Shown here in pieces: positions 39,690 to 49,424 of a stretch of 64,000 nucleotides of DNA (position 1 is its first letter; each line of letters starts with the position of its first letter). The position numbers were made by a program, and so were the translations under genes. The notes beneath the pieces were generated by a model. That model saw nothing but the letters and a program-made list of their open reading frames with translations. It was not told the origin of the DNA and made no database searches. Source of the DNA: an uncultured Gemella sp. (GTDB lineage Bacteria; Bacillota; Bacilli; Staphylococcales; Gemellaceae); the NCBI GenBank assembly GCA_900555985.1, contig USNF01000001.1, positions 82,524 through 146,523 on the forward strand. The letters are read 5' to 3'.

Positions 39690-40666
39690 AGTTCCTCCTT
39701 AAAAGAAGACATAATTCGTTTCATATTAGAACAATGTTCTTCTTCATCTCCATTAACTTTAATGTCATGAATATTTTTGTGACATGAATTACATAATGAA
39801 AAATTATCACAAGTTATACATTCTGATTTTATATATGGATAATCTCGTGCAATTTCTTGTTCATCGTATTTAGATAATTCATATGTTTTATTTGCTGTAT
39901 AATGATTATCTCCAAAAGCTCCACATGGATGCACAAGTCCTTCTGGATTAAAACATCGAATGCCAGAGAGACATTCATTATTCCAAGGACATACAGCAGT
40001 TTTACCGTTTAGTATTTTATTTATGACTTGTTGTGTATTGTGTTCATATTTCATTAAACCAGCTTTATAGATATCGATGTAATGTTGCATCATTTTCCAA
40101 TGAGGATAATATTGTTTACTTCTTCCTGATTGGACGGCTGGGTTAATTCTACAAACTGTACCCAGACGTTTAGCAAGCTCTACTGTTTTTATAACAGTGT
40201 TTTCATTTTCTTCTGATATAACAGCCAAAAATGAAAAACGCTCGCCTCTGTCTTTTTCATACATATCCATGATTTTCATCATATCTTCTTCTGTATATGG
40301 TGTATTATCTGGTTTTAATCGTTGATTGCCATACTGAAAAGAATTCATGATTCTAAATCTATGCTTTTTAAATAATGGTCGCCACTTATCTGGATGTTCA
40401 TAATAATCCCAGAGATTAGTTGTTAAACATACATATACATCTGTATGACCGTATTCATCCAATAATTTATCTAGCTCAAAATAATAAGACGGCGGGACCA
40501 TCAATGGGTCACCGCCGTTAATAATTACAGTTCCTATATTGTATTTTTCAAGATAGGGACGTAAGATATTTAAATCAAATAAGGTGTGTTCTTTAGATAT
40601 ATTATTAGATGAACAGAATGTACATTTAAACTGACAAGCCATTGTCGGTTTAATAATTAAGTCCAT
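39677..40666 (-). CDS. Radical SAM/SPASM protein
   Basis: IIKPTMACQFKCTFC, INGGDPL, LTTNL, CITCDNFSLCNSC..HC. ATG overlaps stop of the upstream tail gene. Confidence 0.88.
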   Translation of the reverse strand: MDLIIKPTMACQFKCTFCSSNNISKEHTLFDLNILRPYLEKYNIGTVIINGGDPLMVPPSYYFELDKLLDEYGHTDVYVCLTTNLWDYYEHPDKWRPLFKKHRFRIMNSFQYGNQRLKPDNTPYTEEDMMKIMDMYEKDRGERFSFLAVISEENENTVIKTVELAKRLGTVCRINPAVQSGRSKQYYPHWKMMQHYIDIYKAGLMKYEHNTQQVINKILNGKTAVCPWNNECLSGIRCFNPEGLVHPCGAFGDNHYTANKTYELSKYDEQEIARDYPYIKSECITCDNFSLCNSCHKNIHDIKVNGDEEEHCSNMKRIMSSFKEELCQH

Positions 40667-41598
40667 TATTTTAATTTAATCCTTAATCTACGTTTATCTG
40701 TTCTATCATCATCTTCAACTAAGATACCAATGATTTGCAATGGATTATCTTTCGTTGCGTCATATAACTTAGCACATCCTTTTACATTAGAAGGGACTAC
40801 ATAGTTATTTCGTTCAGCTTTACCTACAAAAGAAACATGTACTCTACCTACCAATGCAACGGGGATATTCCTGTCTAAATTATAATCTAAAAAATCTTGC
40901 TTGTCAATTGGGTCTTCACCGCCAATGATATGTCCGAACTCATCAGAATGAACGCCAATTACTGGAATATCTTGTTCTCCAGTATGAGCTATATATTCTT
41001 CTGTGTCAGAATATGGATTTAACATAATTAAATCGCCTGGGTTTGTTTCTTCGCCTTTAGGGAAAAATTCAGCATAGTCAGACCAATAAGAACCATAAAT
41101 ACGTTGACCAGTAATTTCTTCTGCCGCAATTGTACCTGTTCTAATATTAGGAATGCTTAACGTTTTTGTTTGAGCATTATATGTAATATCTGGAACATAT
41201 TTTACTTCTTTATCTTTTGTATTATTAATAAATAAAGCAGGCATAGCATTCCCATTACCTTGTTCGATATTAATAGAAGTAGCTCTAATATTAGTTAAGT
41301 TAAAAGAATAAGTTCCATCTTCTAATTGTGTAGCATTAGATTCAGCGACATCGCCACCAACTTTAAATTTAAGAGCTTTGAATTTTTCTTTAACCTTATT
41401 TTCTAATTTTTCGAACATAGGTAAATATCTTGAGTCATGGTGATGTGTTTCTACATCACCAGTTAAACCAAGATTGTTTAACGCTGCCGTTTTATCTGTT
41501 AAATCAGATAAATTAGCAGTACGCATTAATCTATTTTTAATAGCATCCGCATAAATGCTAATCCATTTATTATTCTTTTTCCATTTTAAAATACTCAT
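40666..41598 (-). CDS. Tail fibre protein with C-terminal intramolecular chaperone-like domain
   Basis: NLSDLTDKTAALNNLG, HHHDSRY, SDYAEFF...GDLI...IGVHSD...PVALVGRVHV (peptidase G2/IMC-like). Confidence 0.7.
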   Translation of the reverse strand: MSILKWKKNNKWISIYADAIKNRLMRTANLSDLTDKTAALNNLGLTGDVETHHHDSRYLPMFEKLENKVKEKFKALKFKVGGDVAESNATQLEDGTYSFNLTNIRATSINIEQGNGNAMPALFINNTKDKEVKYVPDITYNAQTKTLSIPNIRTGTIAAEEITGQRIYGSYWSDYAEFFPKGEETNPGDLIMLNPYSDTEEYIAHTGEQDIPVIGVHSDEFGHIIGGEDPIDKQDFLDYNLDRNIPVALVGRVHVSFVGKAERNNYVVPSNVKGCAKLYDATKDNPLQIIGILVEDDDRTDKRRLRIKLK

Positions 41599-41599
41599 A

Positions 41600-43285
41600 T
41601 TACACCTCAGAATAAATTTGAACTAGCACTTTAATTTTATCAGTAGTTTTATTGATAATATCGATACATTGTTTATCAGCTGCGTTTTTATAAATTGCTT
41701 TAGTAATAGCAGCGTCATTTTCTAAATATTTTTTATATGTAGGAGATGTAGTTACATCGTCTCGCACTAATACATCTGCTGCGATATATTTTGTGCCAAG
41801 ACTTTCATATGTATATGTTGCACCTAATGCGATTTCTGTTTCAATAAATTTAACTGCATTATTAGCTACTGGAACTTCTGTTGGCGTATTATTCGCATTT
41901 AAATGATTAGCTGTAAATAATGCCATACCATTAGCTTTCGCTTTGGTAGCTTCTACGATAGTATTAATAACAGGAGAAGCTTTTAATGTTTTATAATTTA
42001 CATCACCTGTAATTAAATTAATAAAGGCACCATTATCATTAAATAATACATAACCAGTTTTGATATCTAAGAAGAATTTTTGATTTAAGCCCCAGTGAGT
42101 AGTAAGAGGGCCACCAGATGTATAATCAAAATTAAAGAAATTAGTTTCATCTTCTTCTGCTGCTGCATTAGGGTCTGGATTCGTAGAATGGATTTGTCCA
42201 TCTGCTAATTCATTCGTAATTTCAATTAAAGAATATACAGCGTAATTGCCATAAGATTTAATTTTACCTTGTGCATTCGTAACAGAAATCATATTATCAC
42301 GAATAAATCCAGTTGTTACATAAATCTTATCATCAAAAATAGAAATAATAACTGGCATTTTTTTTGCTTTATAATCGTTTAATTCTTCTAGTGTATTAGC
42401 AAATACACCAGCGATAAATAAATTACCACCACGTAATTCACCAGTACGATTGACATCAGAATTAGTTACGAAAGCCATCATGCCGTCCATACCGTTAATT
42501 GGATTAGCTTTATTAACGATACCATTAATTCTATCTTCAAGAGATAATAAATCTAATTTAGTAGGCAAACTAGATGGCATATATTTACTAAGGATTTTGC
42601 CATCACTTAATTCAATATTATTATTGCTAACAGCATCGAGTTTTGTTTTTAACGTATTAGTTTTTTCTTGTAATGCTGCAATTTTGGAACTATTAGCAGT
42701 TGTAATATCAATATTATTTTGAAGATTTCTTTTTAATGTATTAATTTCACCATTTAAATTAGATACTGTTGTACCTAAAGACACAAGAGAATTAGAGGCA
42801 TCTCCAGAAGTATTAGTTAATGCTACGATAGTATCGTTAATAGTTTTTTTAACGGCTTCTAACCGAGTTAATCGTTGTTCATTTGTCTCGATTAGATTTC
42901 TAATACTGCCATCCAAATCATTCATTTCGATAGGAGTATCGGATAAACGAAATCCACGTTTAAATGCAGTGTTAACGCCTTTTACAGAACGAAGTAATTC
43001 TTTAATGTTATCGTTCATATCATCAATAGTAAGAGGAGTATCTTTACGATGATATTCTAAACGAGCATCTTCTTTACTTAATTTTTTATTATCAAGATTG
43101 GTTAATTCATTTCGTACAGGCGTATCATTATAAGAACTTGTACCATGATTTGCATTCGTAATTGCATTTTGTAAATCTTGATTTAAATCAGAAAAACTAA
43201 TAACACCAGAATGTAGAGCATGTTGTATCCAATCTATTAATGTTTGGTCAAGATGCTCTAATTTAATTTTTTGGCTTTTACCCAT
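41600..43285 (-). CDS. Putative tail fibre protein with long coiled coil
   Basis: 561 aa, YNDTPVR motif and heptad region. Confidence 0.55.
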   Translation of the reverse strand: MGKSQKIKLEHLDQTLIDWIQHALHSGVISFSDLNQDLQNAITNANHGTSSYNDTPVRNELTNLDNKKLSKEDARLEYHRKDTPLTIDDMNDNIKELLRSVKGVNTAFKRGFRLSDTPIEMNDLDGSIRNLIETNEQRLTRLEAVKKTINDTIVALTNTSGDASNSLVSLGTTVSNLNGEINTLKRNLQNNIDITTANSSKIAALQEKTNTLKTKLDAVSNNNIELSDGKILSKYMPSSLPTKLDLLSLEDRINGIVNKANPINGMDGMMAFVTNSDVNRTGELRGGNLFIAGVFANTLEELNDYKAKKMPVIISIFDDKIYVTTGFIRDNMISVTNAQGKIKSYGNYAVYSLIEITNELADGQIHSTNPDPNAAAEEDETNFFNFDYTSGGPLTTHWGLNQKFFLDIKTGYVLFNDNGAFINLITGDVNYKTLKASPVINTIVEATKAKANGMALFTANHLNANNTPTEVPVANNAVKFIETEIALGATYTYESLGTKYIAADVLVRDDVTTSPTYKKYLENDAAITKAIYKNAADKQCIDIINKTTDKIKVLVQIYSEV

Positions 43286-43297
43286 TATATATCACCT

Positions 43298-44542
43298 CTA
43301 TTTCCAAACACCATTGAATGTTAACCATTCATTACCTTGTCTAAAACGAATGACACGTTCATTTGTATCGAACCATAAATTACCATTTTCAGCAGGTACT
43401 GGAGGATTAGGTCCGATAGCAATACCTTGAATATTAGCAACTTTAGGTGCAAAATCTTGACTAATTAAATGAGCTGGAATTTTACCAGAACTATCTAGTA
43501 CAGGAATATTGCCAGCAAGTTCACCAGTTGTATGTCCTTTAACATAATCAGCATTACCGCCATTAGCTGGTAAATTAGCTGGGAAGTCAATGATATCACG
43601 AACATAATGTGAATGATTTTTATATTCTACGTTATCAATAATGCCATAACCACGTAAAGAATTAGGACGTCCAACAATTTGGGACCATTCGATTGTAGGT
43701 AATGGTTCTTCGCCTGTACCTAAATGGTTATCATCAATTTGTTCTACTTCAATATCTTCAATCCATAAGTCGCCGTTTTCAGACGCTTCTGGTTCACAGT
43801 TGCCCATAAATACACGAGGATATGGATTACCAATTCTGAATATACGCATATAGCGTACTGTTACTTCTTGACCAGGAATTAATTCTTCATCGAGTGCAAA
43901 ATGACGAGTATCAATTTCTTCTACACCACCAGATTTAGCATCACGACGTAATACATCATCAATGTATACTTCTAAATAAGAACGTCTTGGGATATATTCA
44001 CCGTGTTCTAATTCAAAGACATGTTTACCAGCTTTTTTAGTAACTCTACGAGTTTCGCCTTCTGTATTTGTATATACAGTGACTTCACCATTTTGACCTT
44101 GTTCAGAAGTTTTCTTAATAGTGAATACTTCTGTGATAATCATAGTATCACGAGCAATACTTAATGTACCGTCATTTTTAATGCCAGCTGGTACCCAAGA
44201 TGTCTCAGAAGAATAAGACATATCTGTAGATGCCCAAATTTCTTTTGTTTCGAGACCTGTTTTATAATCGATTTTATAATAAGGTTTACCATTATTGTGA
44301 TACACCTTATCACCATCAATGTAAGCATTTTCTAATAAGTTGCCGTCTTTAGTAACTAATGCACCTTTTAGTTTGACAGACATAATGCCACTTTGAGGAT
44401 TTACTTTAATTGTGCCATAAGGAATACGAGACCAATCTAATCGGCTTGCATTTTCTTCTGTAATAATCATCGTGCGATTATGTTGTGCAATCGATTCGCC
44501 TACTTTATGTATTCCTCTTGGTTGTTGAGGAGCTTGAGGCAT
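43298..44542 (-). CDS. Tail fibre/tail-associated protein
   Basis: WSQIVGRPNSLRGYGIID, HSHYVRDIIDFP, PANGGNAD, LDSSGKIP, GNLWFDT tail-fibre repeats. Confidence 0.7.
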   Translation of the reverse strand: MPQAPQQPRGIHKVGESIAQHNRTMIITEENASRLDWSRIPYGTIKVNPQSGIMSVKLKGALVTKDGNLLENAYIDGDKVYHNNGKPYYKIDYKTGLETKEIWASTDMSYSSETSWVPAGIKNDGTLSIARDTMIITEVFTIKKTSEQGQNGEVTVYTNTEGETRRVTKKAGKHVFELEHGEYIPRRSYLEVYIDDVLRRDAKSGGVEEIDTRHFALDEELIPGQEVTVRYMRIFRIGNPYPRVFMGNCEPEASENGDLWIEDIEVEQIDDNHLGTGEEPLPTIEWSQIVGRPNSLRGYGIIDNVEYKNHSHYVRDIIDFPANLPANGGNADYVKGHTTGELAGNIPVLDSSGKIPAHLISQDFAPKVANIQGIAIGPNPPVPAENGNLWFDTNERVIRFRQGNEWLTFNGVWK

Positions 44543-44614
44543 ATTTTAAAATATCCTTCCTAAAATAATTTGTTAATAAAAGCTTTTGTTAACAAACATT
44601 GGTTTGTCAGTATA

Positions 44615-44622
44615 TATATTAC
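44615..44622 (-). promoter_or_regulatory. GTAATATA motif heading the tail-fibre/radical SAM transcription unit
   Basis: Between terminator 44633-44666 and ATG 44542. Confidence 0.5.
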
Positions 44623-44632
44623 CACATCCTAT

Positions 44633-44666
44633 AAAATAAAAATACGGAGACTTATATGCCTCCGTA
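44633..44666 (-). terminator. Intrinsic terminator
   Basis: TACGGAG/CTCCGTA stem with minus-strand T tract. Confidence 0.7.
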
Positions 44667-44669
44667 AGA

Positions 44670-45143
44670 TTATTTTACATTATTAATTAACGCTTTAATT
44701 GTTGTGATATCTCGTTGAATATATTCAATTTTACTTTCAATTTTATCAAAGTCATCTTTTTGAGGACTTGTGTCATGAAACCGTTTATTTTCGCTATCAA
44801 TGCCTTTACTACGTTCATCATGTTTAATCAAAGTATCATTAATATCATCTAATGTAGCATCAACATTAGTTAATATAATTTGAATATTTTTAAGCAATTC
44901 GCTTTGTTTAATAATGTCATTATGAAGTTCACTATTTATTTTATAGCTTTGACTCAATCGTCTTTCTTCAAGGTCATCACGCCTAGCTTCGGCATCTCTT
45001 CTAATTTTTTCTTTTTCAGGTTGGATTTTTGCAACATAATACAAAGCGTATCCAATTCCAATGAATATAATAAGTATCTCAATTGGATTGTCTACATTTG
45101 ATTGTTTAATGAACTCCAAGACTGAGATAATTACTTCACTCAT
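44670..45143 (-). CDS. Single-TM coiled-coil protein, possible holin
   Basis: ILIIFIGIGYALYYV helix followed by coiled coil. Confidence 0.45.
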   Translation of the reverse strand: MSEVIISVLEFIKQSNVDNPIEILIIFIGIGYALYYVAKIQPEKEKIRRDAEARRDDLEERRLSQSYKINSELHNDIIKQSELLKNIQIILTNVDATLDDINDTLIKHDERSKGIDSENKRFHDTSPQKDDFDKIESKIEYIQRDITTIKALINNVK

Positions 45144-45209
45144 TTTCTTTCCTTACTATGTTTAATAAGTAACAACATTCACAACTACATTATTACTTTC
45201 ATCTTATTT

Positions 45210-45653
45210 TTAAAATTGTATAATTTCAAAATATAAATTTTTTAAGTCTGCTGGTTTAAAATTTTTATTTTCTGTTGATAAAATTTCAATATTAATATTG
45301 CAGAAGTTAGATGGACTATTTTTTTCTAGCCCATCATTTTTTTCTCCAGATAATACAATATTACTCATATTAATAATGCCATAGTTATCTACTTTTTGAA
45401 TTTCTACTTCATGGTTATTAACATATACTTTACAGAAATCTAGTAAAGTTTTATCTTCTTCGTGTTCGAAGAACATATTAATATTAAAATTAGAAAAATC
45501 TGGTACATTAGTATCACCAAATCGGTTATTCCATAATTGTAAGAATAAATGAATTTGATTATTTTTATTCAACGTACCACCATAGATTTCATTAGTAGGA
45601 GAATATGTATCTGTCGATTCTACTTTTGCATACCATTCAAGTGTATTATCCAC
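45210..45653 (-). CDS. Hypothetical structural-module protein
   Basis: 147 aa, LQLWNNRFG motif. Confidence 0.55.
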   Translation of the reverse strand: MDNTLEWYAKVESTDTYSPTNEIYGGTLNKNNQIHLFLQLWNNRFGDTNVPDFSNFNINMFFEHEEDKTLLDFCKVYVNNHEVEIQKVDNYGIINMSNIVLSGEKNDGLEKNSPSNFCNINIEILSTENKNFKPADLKNLYFEIIQF

Positions 45654-47655
45654 GTCGTCCTCCTACTTTTAATCTATTAATATAAATAGTAGCACCAGCT
45701 TTTACAAGATAATCTTTTAAAATTATATTAGCATTAGGTGCTGCTACAGAATCCGTATCGATTGTATAATCTGCATCTTTAATTAATACACGATTATCAT
45801 TTTCTGATACATAAAAAATAACAATAAAATCATTAATGCCATAGTCATTAATTGTGTTTGTTTTTTGTGCCGTTAAAATTAAGTACTCTTCTGGATTTTC
45901 AGTAATCATTCGATTAGTGATTTTATTAGATAACTGGGAAATATCAATAATAGAGCTTGTAGTCAATACATTACTTGTATCAGGAATGGATTGCTCTACT
46001 GTATTAATTCTATTAGAAATACTTGTATTTATATCAGCTTGATTTTCTTTAAATGTATTAAGTTCAGTATGTAATCGTTTATTATCTTCTTGTACTGCTT
46101 TAATTGTATCTAGTGTTTCTTTCATAACAAGAGATAATTGGTCATAATTCCAAATGTGTTTTGAAATTTTGTATTCGATACATTGGTTAATGGTTAGTGG
46201 TTTAATAATTTTAAAATGACGAGACATAACGTCACGAACAGACATATCGTTTTTATCGACCGTTTCTGTTTCATTTTTCATTTCTTTAAAGTCTATATCA
46301 TAGACTAACCGTAAACCATCTACCCAAACTTCTAATTGATTTTCGCCAACTTGATAATCTTCTTCTGTTTCAAATACTTTATTAGTATGGTCAGCAGAAT
46401 AATAAATGTGATTTTCGTTCACGAAAACAGCTGCTCGTTGGAATGTCTCATTCGTATTAGCAGAAGCAACTTGATGATGCACGATAGCTTGTACAGGTGT
46501 ACTTCTATCTAATGGTTCTACTAATTTAAAGCCAATACCTTTTGCAAGATATGGTTTATCTGGTATATCGTTAGCTACAATTTCTTCATATTGGTCTTTC
46601 ATGATAACGATATTATCAATTAAGATTAATAAAGAATCTGTACCTGGAACATAATTCATATCCATTCTATCTTCTGGGAAGATAAATGTTTGGTCATTTG
46701 TTGGATACTGTTTTTCGCCAGGAACAAACATATAAGAATTATTAATAGCCATAGTAGAATGGTCATTAATTTTTACCCAACCATATACACCATTAGTTGC
46801 TTTCCAAATTAATAATTCATTATTTTTTTCATCGTACCAAATATCATTTTCTTCTGGATGTTCTGGTTCAATAAAATAAATGAATTTAGGTTTTTTATAT
46901 GGCTCACCGTTAATCCATAGAATGCCATCTTTATCTACAAATAGTTTTCTGTATGTTCTATGATTAGTATAAATTGTAGCGGTGATTTCACCATCTACAT
47001 GCCAATAAATTTGACCGATTAAATAATCAGGGGCATAATCTGGAATTTGAATATGAGAAGGAGAAGTAGAGATAACTGATTTTTCATATTTATATTCACC
47101 GTCTTGTGTCAAAATAATAGAATCAATTCTATCTTCTGCTTTATAATAAGTTACTTTAATTTGTTGTCCAAGCCAATCACCAGCATTAATATATACTTTA
47201 TTTTCAGATACTTTAATGACTGGTACATGAAGACCACTTTCTACTTCGTGCATTTCAAGTTCTGTTTCTAGTGGTCGCTTAGTGGTTTGGTCAATATTAT
47301 CATATACAATATGTTTTTTATTTGTTTTAGAATAAGGAACATATTGTAATGTTAAATATCCATCTTTAGGACATACAATAGTTTCTGTAATTTGTTTGGC
47401 GTTAATGTCACCTGCATCAAATATTCTTGCAGGAATAATTTGTTCTTGTCCTTGTTTATTAATAAAAGTACCATCTGTTACAGACACTTTTAATGTATTT
47501 GTATCAGCGGTAATATCGAAACCTTCTACAATTCCTGGACCGCCAAGTCGTAGACGTTCTCTATCTAACCATCCTTTAACGGTATCGAAATTGTAGTTAA
47601 TTTCTGATGCTTTTATTCCTGGACCAAAATCTAATGTTTTTAATTTTTTTTCCAT
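45646..47655 (-). CDS. Putative baseplate/tail protein
   Basis: 669 aa, DIWYD, LEVWVDG module, coiled coil. Confidence 0.55.
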   Translation of the reverse strand: MEKKLKTLDFGPGIKASEINYNFDTVKGWLDRERLRLGGPGIVEGFDITADTNTLKVSVTDGTFINKQGQEQIIPARIFDAGDINAKQITETIVCPKDGYLTLQYVPYSKTNKKHIVYDNIDQTTKRPLETELEMHEVESGLHVPVIKVSENKVYINAGDWLGQQIKVTYYKAEDRIDSIILTQDGEYKYEKSVISTSPSHIQIPDYAPDYLIGQIYWHVDGEITATIYTNHRTYRKLFVDKDGILWINGEPYKKPKFIYFIEPEHPEENDIWYDEKNNELLIWKATNGVYGWVKINDHSTMAINNSYMFVPGEKQYPTNDQTFIFPEDRMDMNYVPGTDSLLILIDNIVIMKDQYEEIVANDIPDKPYLAKGIGFKLVEPLDRSTPVQAIVHHQVASANTNETFQRAAVFVNENHIYYSADHTNKVFETEEDYQVGENQLEVWVDGLRLVYDIDFKEMKNETETVDKNDMSVRDVMSRHFKIIKPLTINQCIEYKISKHIWNYDQLSLVMKETLDTIKAVQEDNKRLHTELNTFKENQADINTSISNRINTVEQSIPDTSNVLTTSSIIDISQLSNKITNRMITENPEEYLILTAQKTNTINDYGINDFIVIFYVSENDNRVLIKDADYTIDTDSVAAPNANIILKDYLVKAGATIYINRLKVGGRRG

Positions 47656-47663
47656 AATAATTC

Positions 47664-49424
47664 CTATTCAAAAATTAAGACAGGGATTTCGCCAGAAGCG
47701 ATGTGTTTATCTAATTCTTTTAACAATAATTGTTCATATTGTTGTAAAGCTTTAGGTAATTTAATAATAACTGTAGAACCAATTCGATATGGTCTACCAT
47801 AGATATTACCAATATCAATCATGTTAAAATCATCTTGTGCATTATCTGGTAAGCCGCCACCAAAGATTCTAATATCGATAGCTTTTGGAGCTTTCGTTAC
47901 TTCTGTGTATAATTCACAAATAATAATACCATGTTTATCCATACTATATTCTTGTACATCTACAAATTCAAGTAAATTAATCTTATCTACATGTCCTCGT
48001 TTTGTACATAAATAATATGTTTTGGTTACATCAGGGATTTCTAATGTTTGTTTATATGGTATATATATTTCTTGTTCTGAACTAAATATAGGGTCGATTT
48101 CAATAAATACTTTTTCTTCTCTATTAAAATATGAAATATTTAATTTTGTTTCTTTATAATTAATATCTTGTTGCGTATACAAAAGAACTGTATGCCTTGT
48201 AGTTAAATATGAAATATAATTATCTGGTTTAACTGGGTCTGTAATATATCCAGTTTGTTTTCTAAAATATAAATCTCCATCATTAGACATACCTACGAAT
48301 AAGATATTTGGGTCAGATGTTTTTACATCAATTAACGTATAAGCATTACCTATATTATAATTATCATTTTTTAATAAGTTTTCTAAACTAATTGTGTTAT
48401 GATACATATTAATTTTTTGATTACTTTGTGCAATATAATCTACTGGGTCATTTGTAATCCATGTATATTCACTTTTAGTTTTATAATATGCTTGTAAGAA
48501 AACATACATCATGACATCGTAAATAATTTTAGAATTTTCTACGATATTATCTGCGAATGAATCAGGAGCTACGATTAAGAAACCAGATTTAGGTTTGCTA
48601 TAAATTAATATATCTTCATAGACTTGTTCTAATGTATATCCAAGATTAATTAAAGAATCATCTGTCGGCAATAATCCTAATTGTTTAAAGAAATGCGTTG
48701 GTTTTTTATTTCTTTTTGTTGGACGATAAAAAGAATTTAAATGACCTTCTTGTGTAGTAAATTCAGTATCATCATTAGTTTCATAAATATATTGTGTATG
48801 TGTTTTTACGAAGCACCAAATATTTGAATATGAATTTAATATATCTTGGAAGTTTAATCCATTCGGCATATGACTTACATCATTACATCGTACAAACATA
48901 AAATCTGATTCAGTGGGTTGATATTTTAATAGATATTGCGGGATTAATGTGCCTTCATTAATTGTGATATTAGAAGGGCATAAATTTCTATGATAGCCAT
49001 CGCCAAAGATTTTAATTAATTGGTTAGCCAATGGAAGTTCTTGCGTAGAGTCTGCTACAGTTACTTTAATATTATATTTTTCTGTATCAGAAAATTTCAT
49101 ATTTTTTTTAACTACAGCACTAGCAGAAAACATAACAGGAGAAAATTCTGTAATATTTCTAGGTTCATAAATATAAGAACCGCCTAATCGTTTTACTTCT
49201 GTATTCTTTAATAATTTATTATTAGAGTCAAAAAAGAAAGCAGATGGATTATTAATAATATCGTAAGCTTTAATTTGCGTAGATGTATTAAAAGAAAATT
49301 CTTTTTTTATATTAAAATGAACTTTATATTCAGAATCGTAAGTATCAATGAAGGCTAAAGGAATATCTTTATATTGAACTTCATTTGTTTGTTGTATAGC
49401 ATCGTTGCCTAAATGAATTTTCAT
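47664..49424 (-). CDS. Putative virion structural protein
   Basis: 586 aa, DIRIFGGGLP..DIGNIYGRPY C-terminus. Confidence 0.55.
   Translation of the reverse strand: MKIHLGNDAIQQTNEVQYKDIPLAFIDTYDSEYKVHFNIKKEFSFNTSTQIKAYDIINNPSAFFFDSNNKLLKNTEVKRLGGSYIYEPRNITEFSPVMFSASAVVKKNMKFSDTEKYNIKVTVADSTQELPLANQLIKIFGDGYHRNLCPSNITINEGTLIPQYLLKYQPTESDFMFVRCNDVSHMPNGLNFQDILNSYSNIWCFVKTHTQYIYETNDDTEFTTQEGHLNSFYRPTKRNKKPTHFFKQLGLLPTDDSLINLGYTLEQVYEDILIYSKPKSGFLIVAPDSFADNIVENSKIIYDVMMYVFLQAYYKTKSEYTWITNDPVDYIAQSNQKINMYHNTISLENLLKNDNYNIGNAYTLIDVKTSDPNILFVGMSNDGDLYFRKQTGYITDPVKPDNYISYLTTRHTVLLYTQQDINYKETKLNISYFNREEKVFIEIDPIFSSEQEIYIPYKQTLEIPDVTKTYYLCTKRGHVDKINLLEFVDVQEYSMDKHGIIICELYTEVTKAPKAIDIRIFGGGLPDNAQDDFNMIDIGNIYGRPYRIGSTVIIKLPKALQQYEQLLLKELDKHIASGEIPVLIFE

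Noticed and set aside
32987..40666. rSAM genes as a queuosine/7-deazaguanine (QueE), MoaA or anaerobic RNR activase pathway
   Set aside because: No partner genes (queC, queD, folE, dpdA, moaC, nrdD) were recognised here, and the C-terminal Cys arrays are SPASM/Twitch-like. Not fully excluded without HMM searches.
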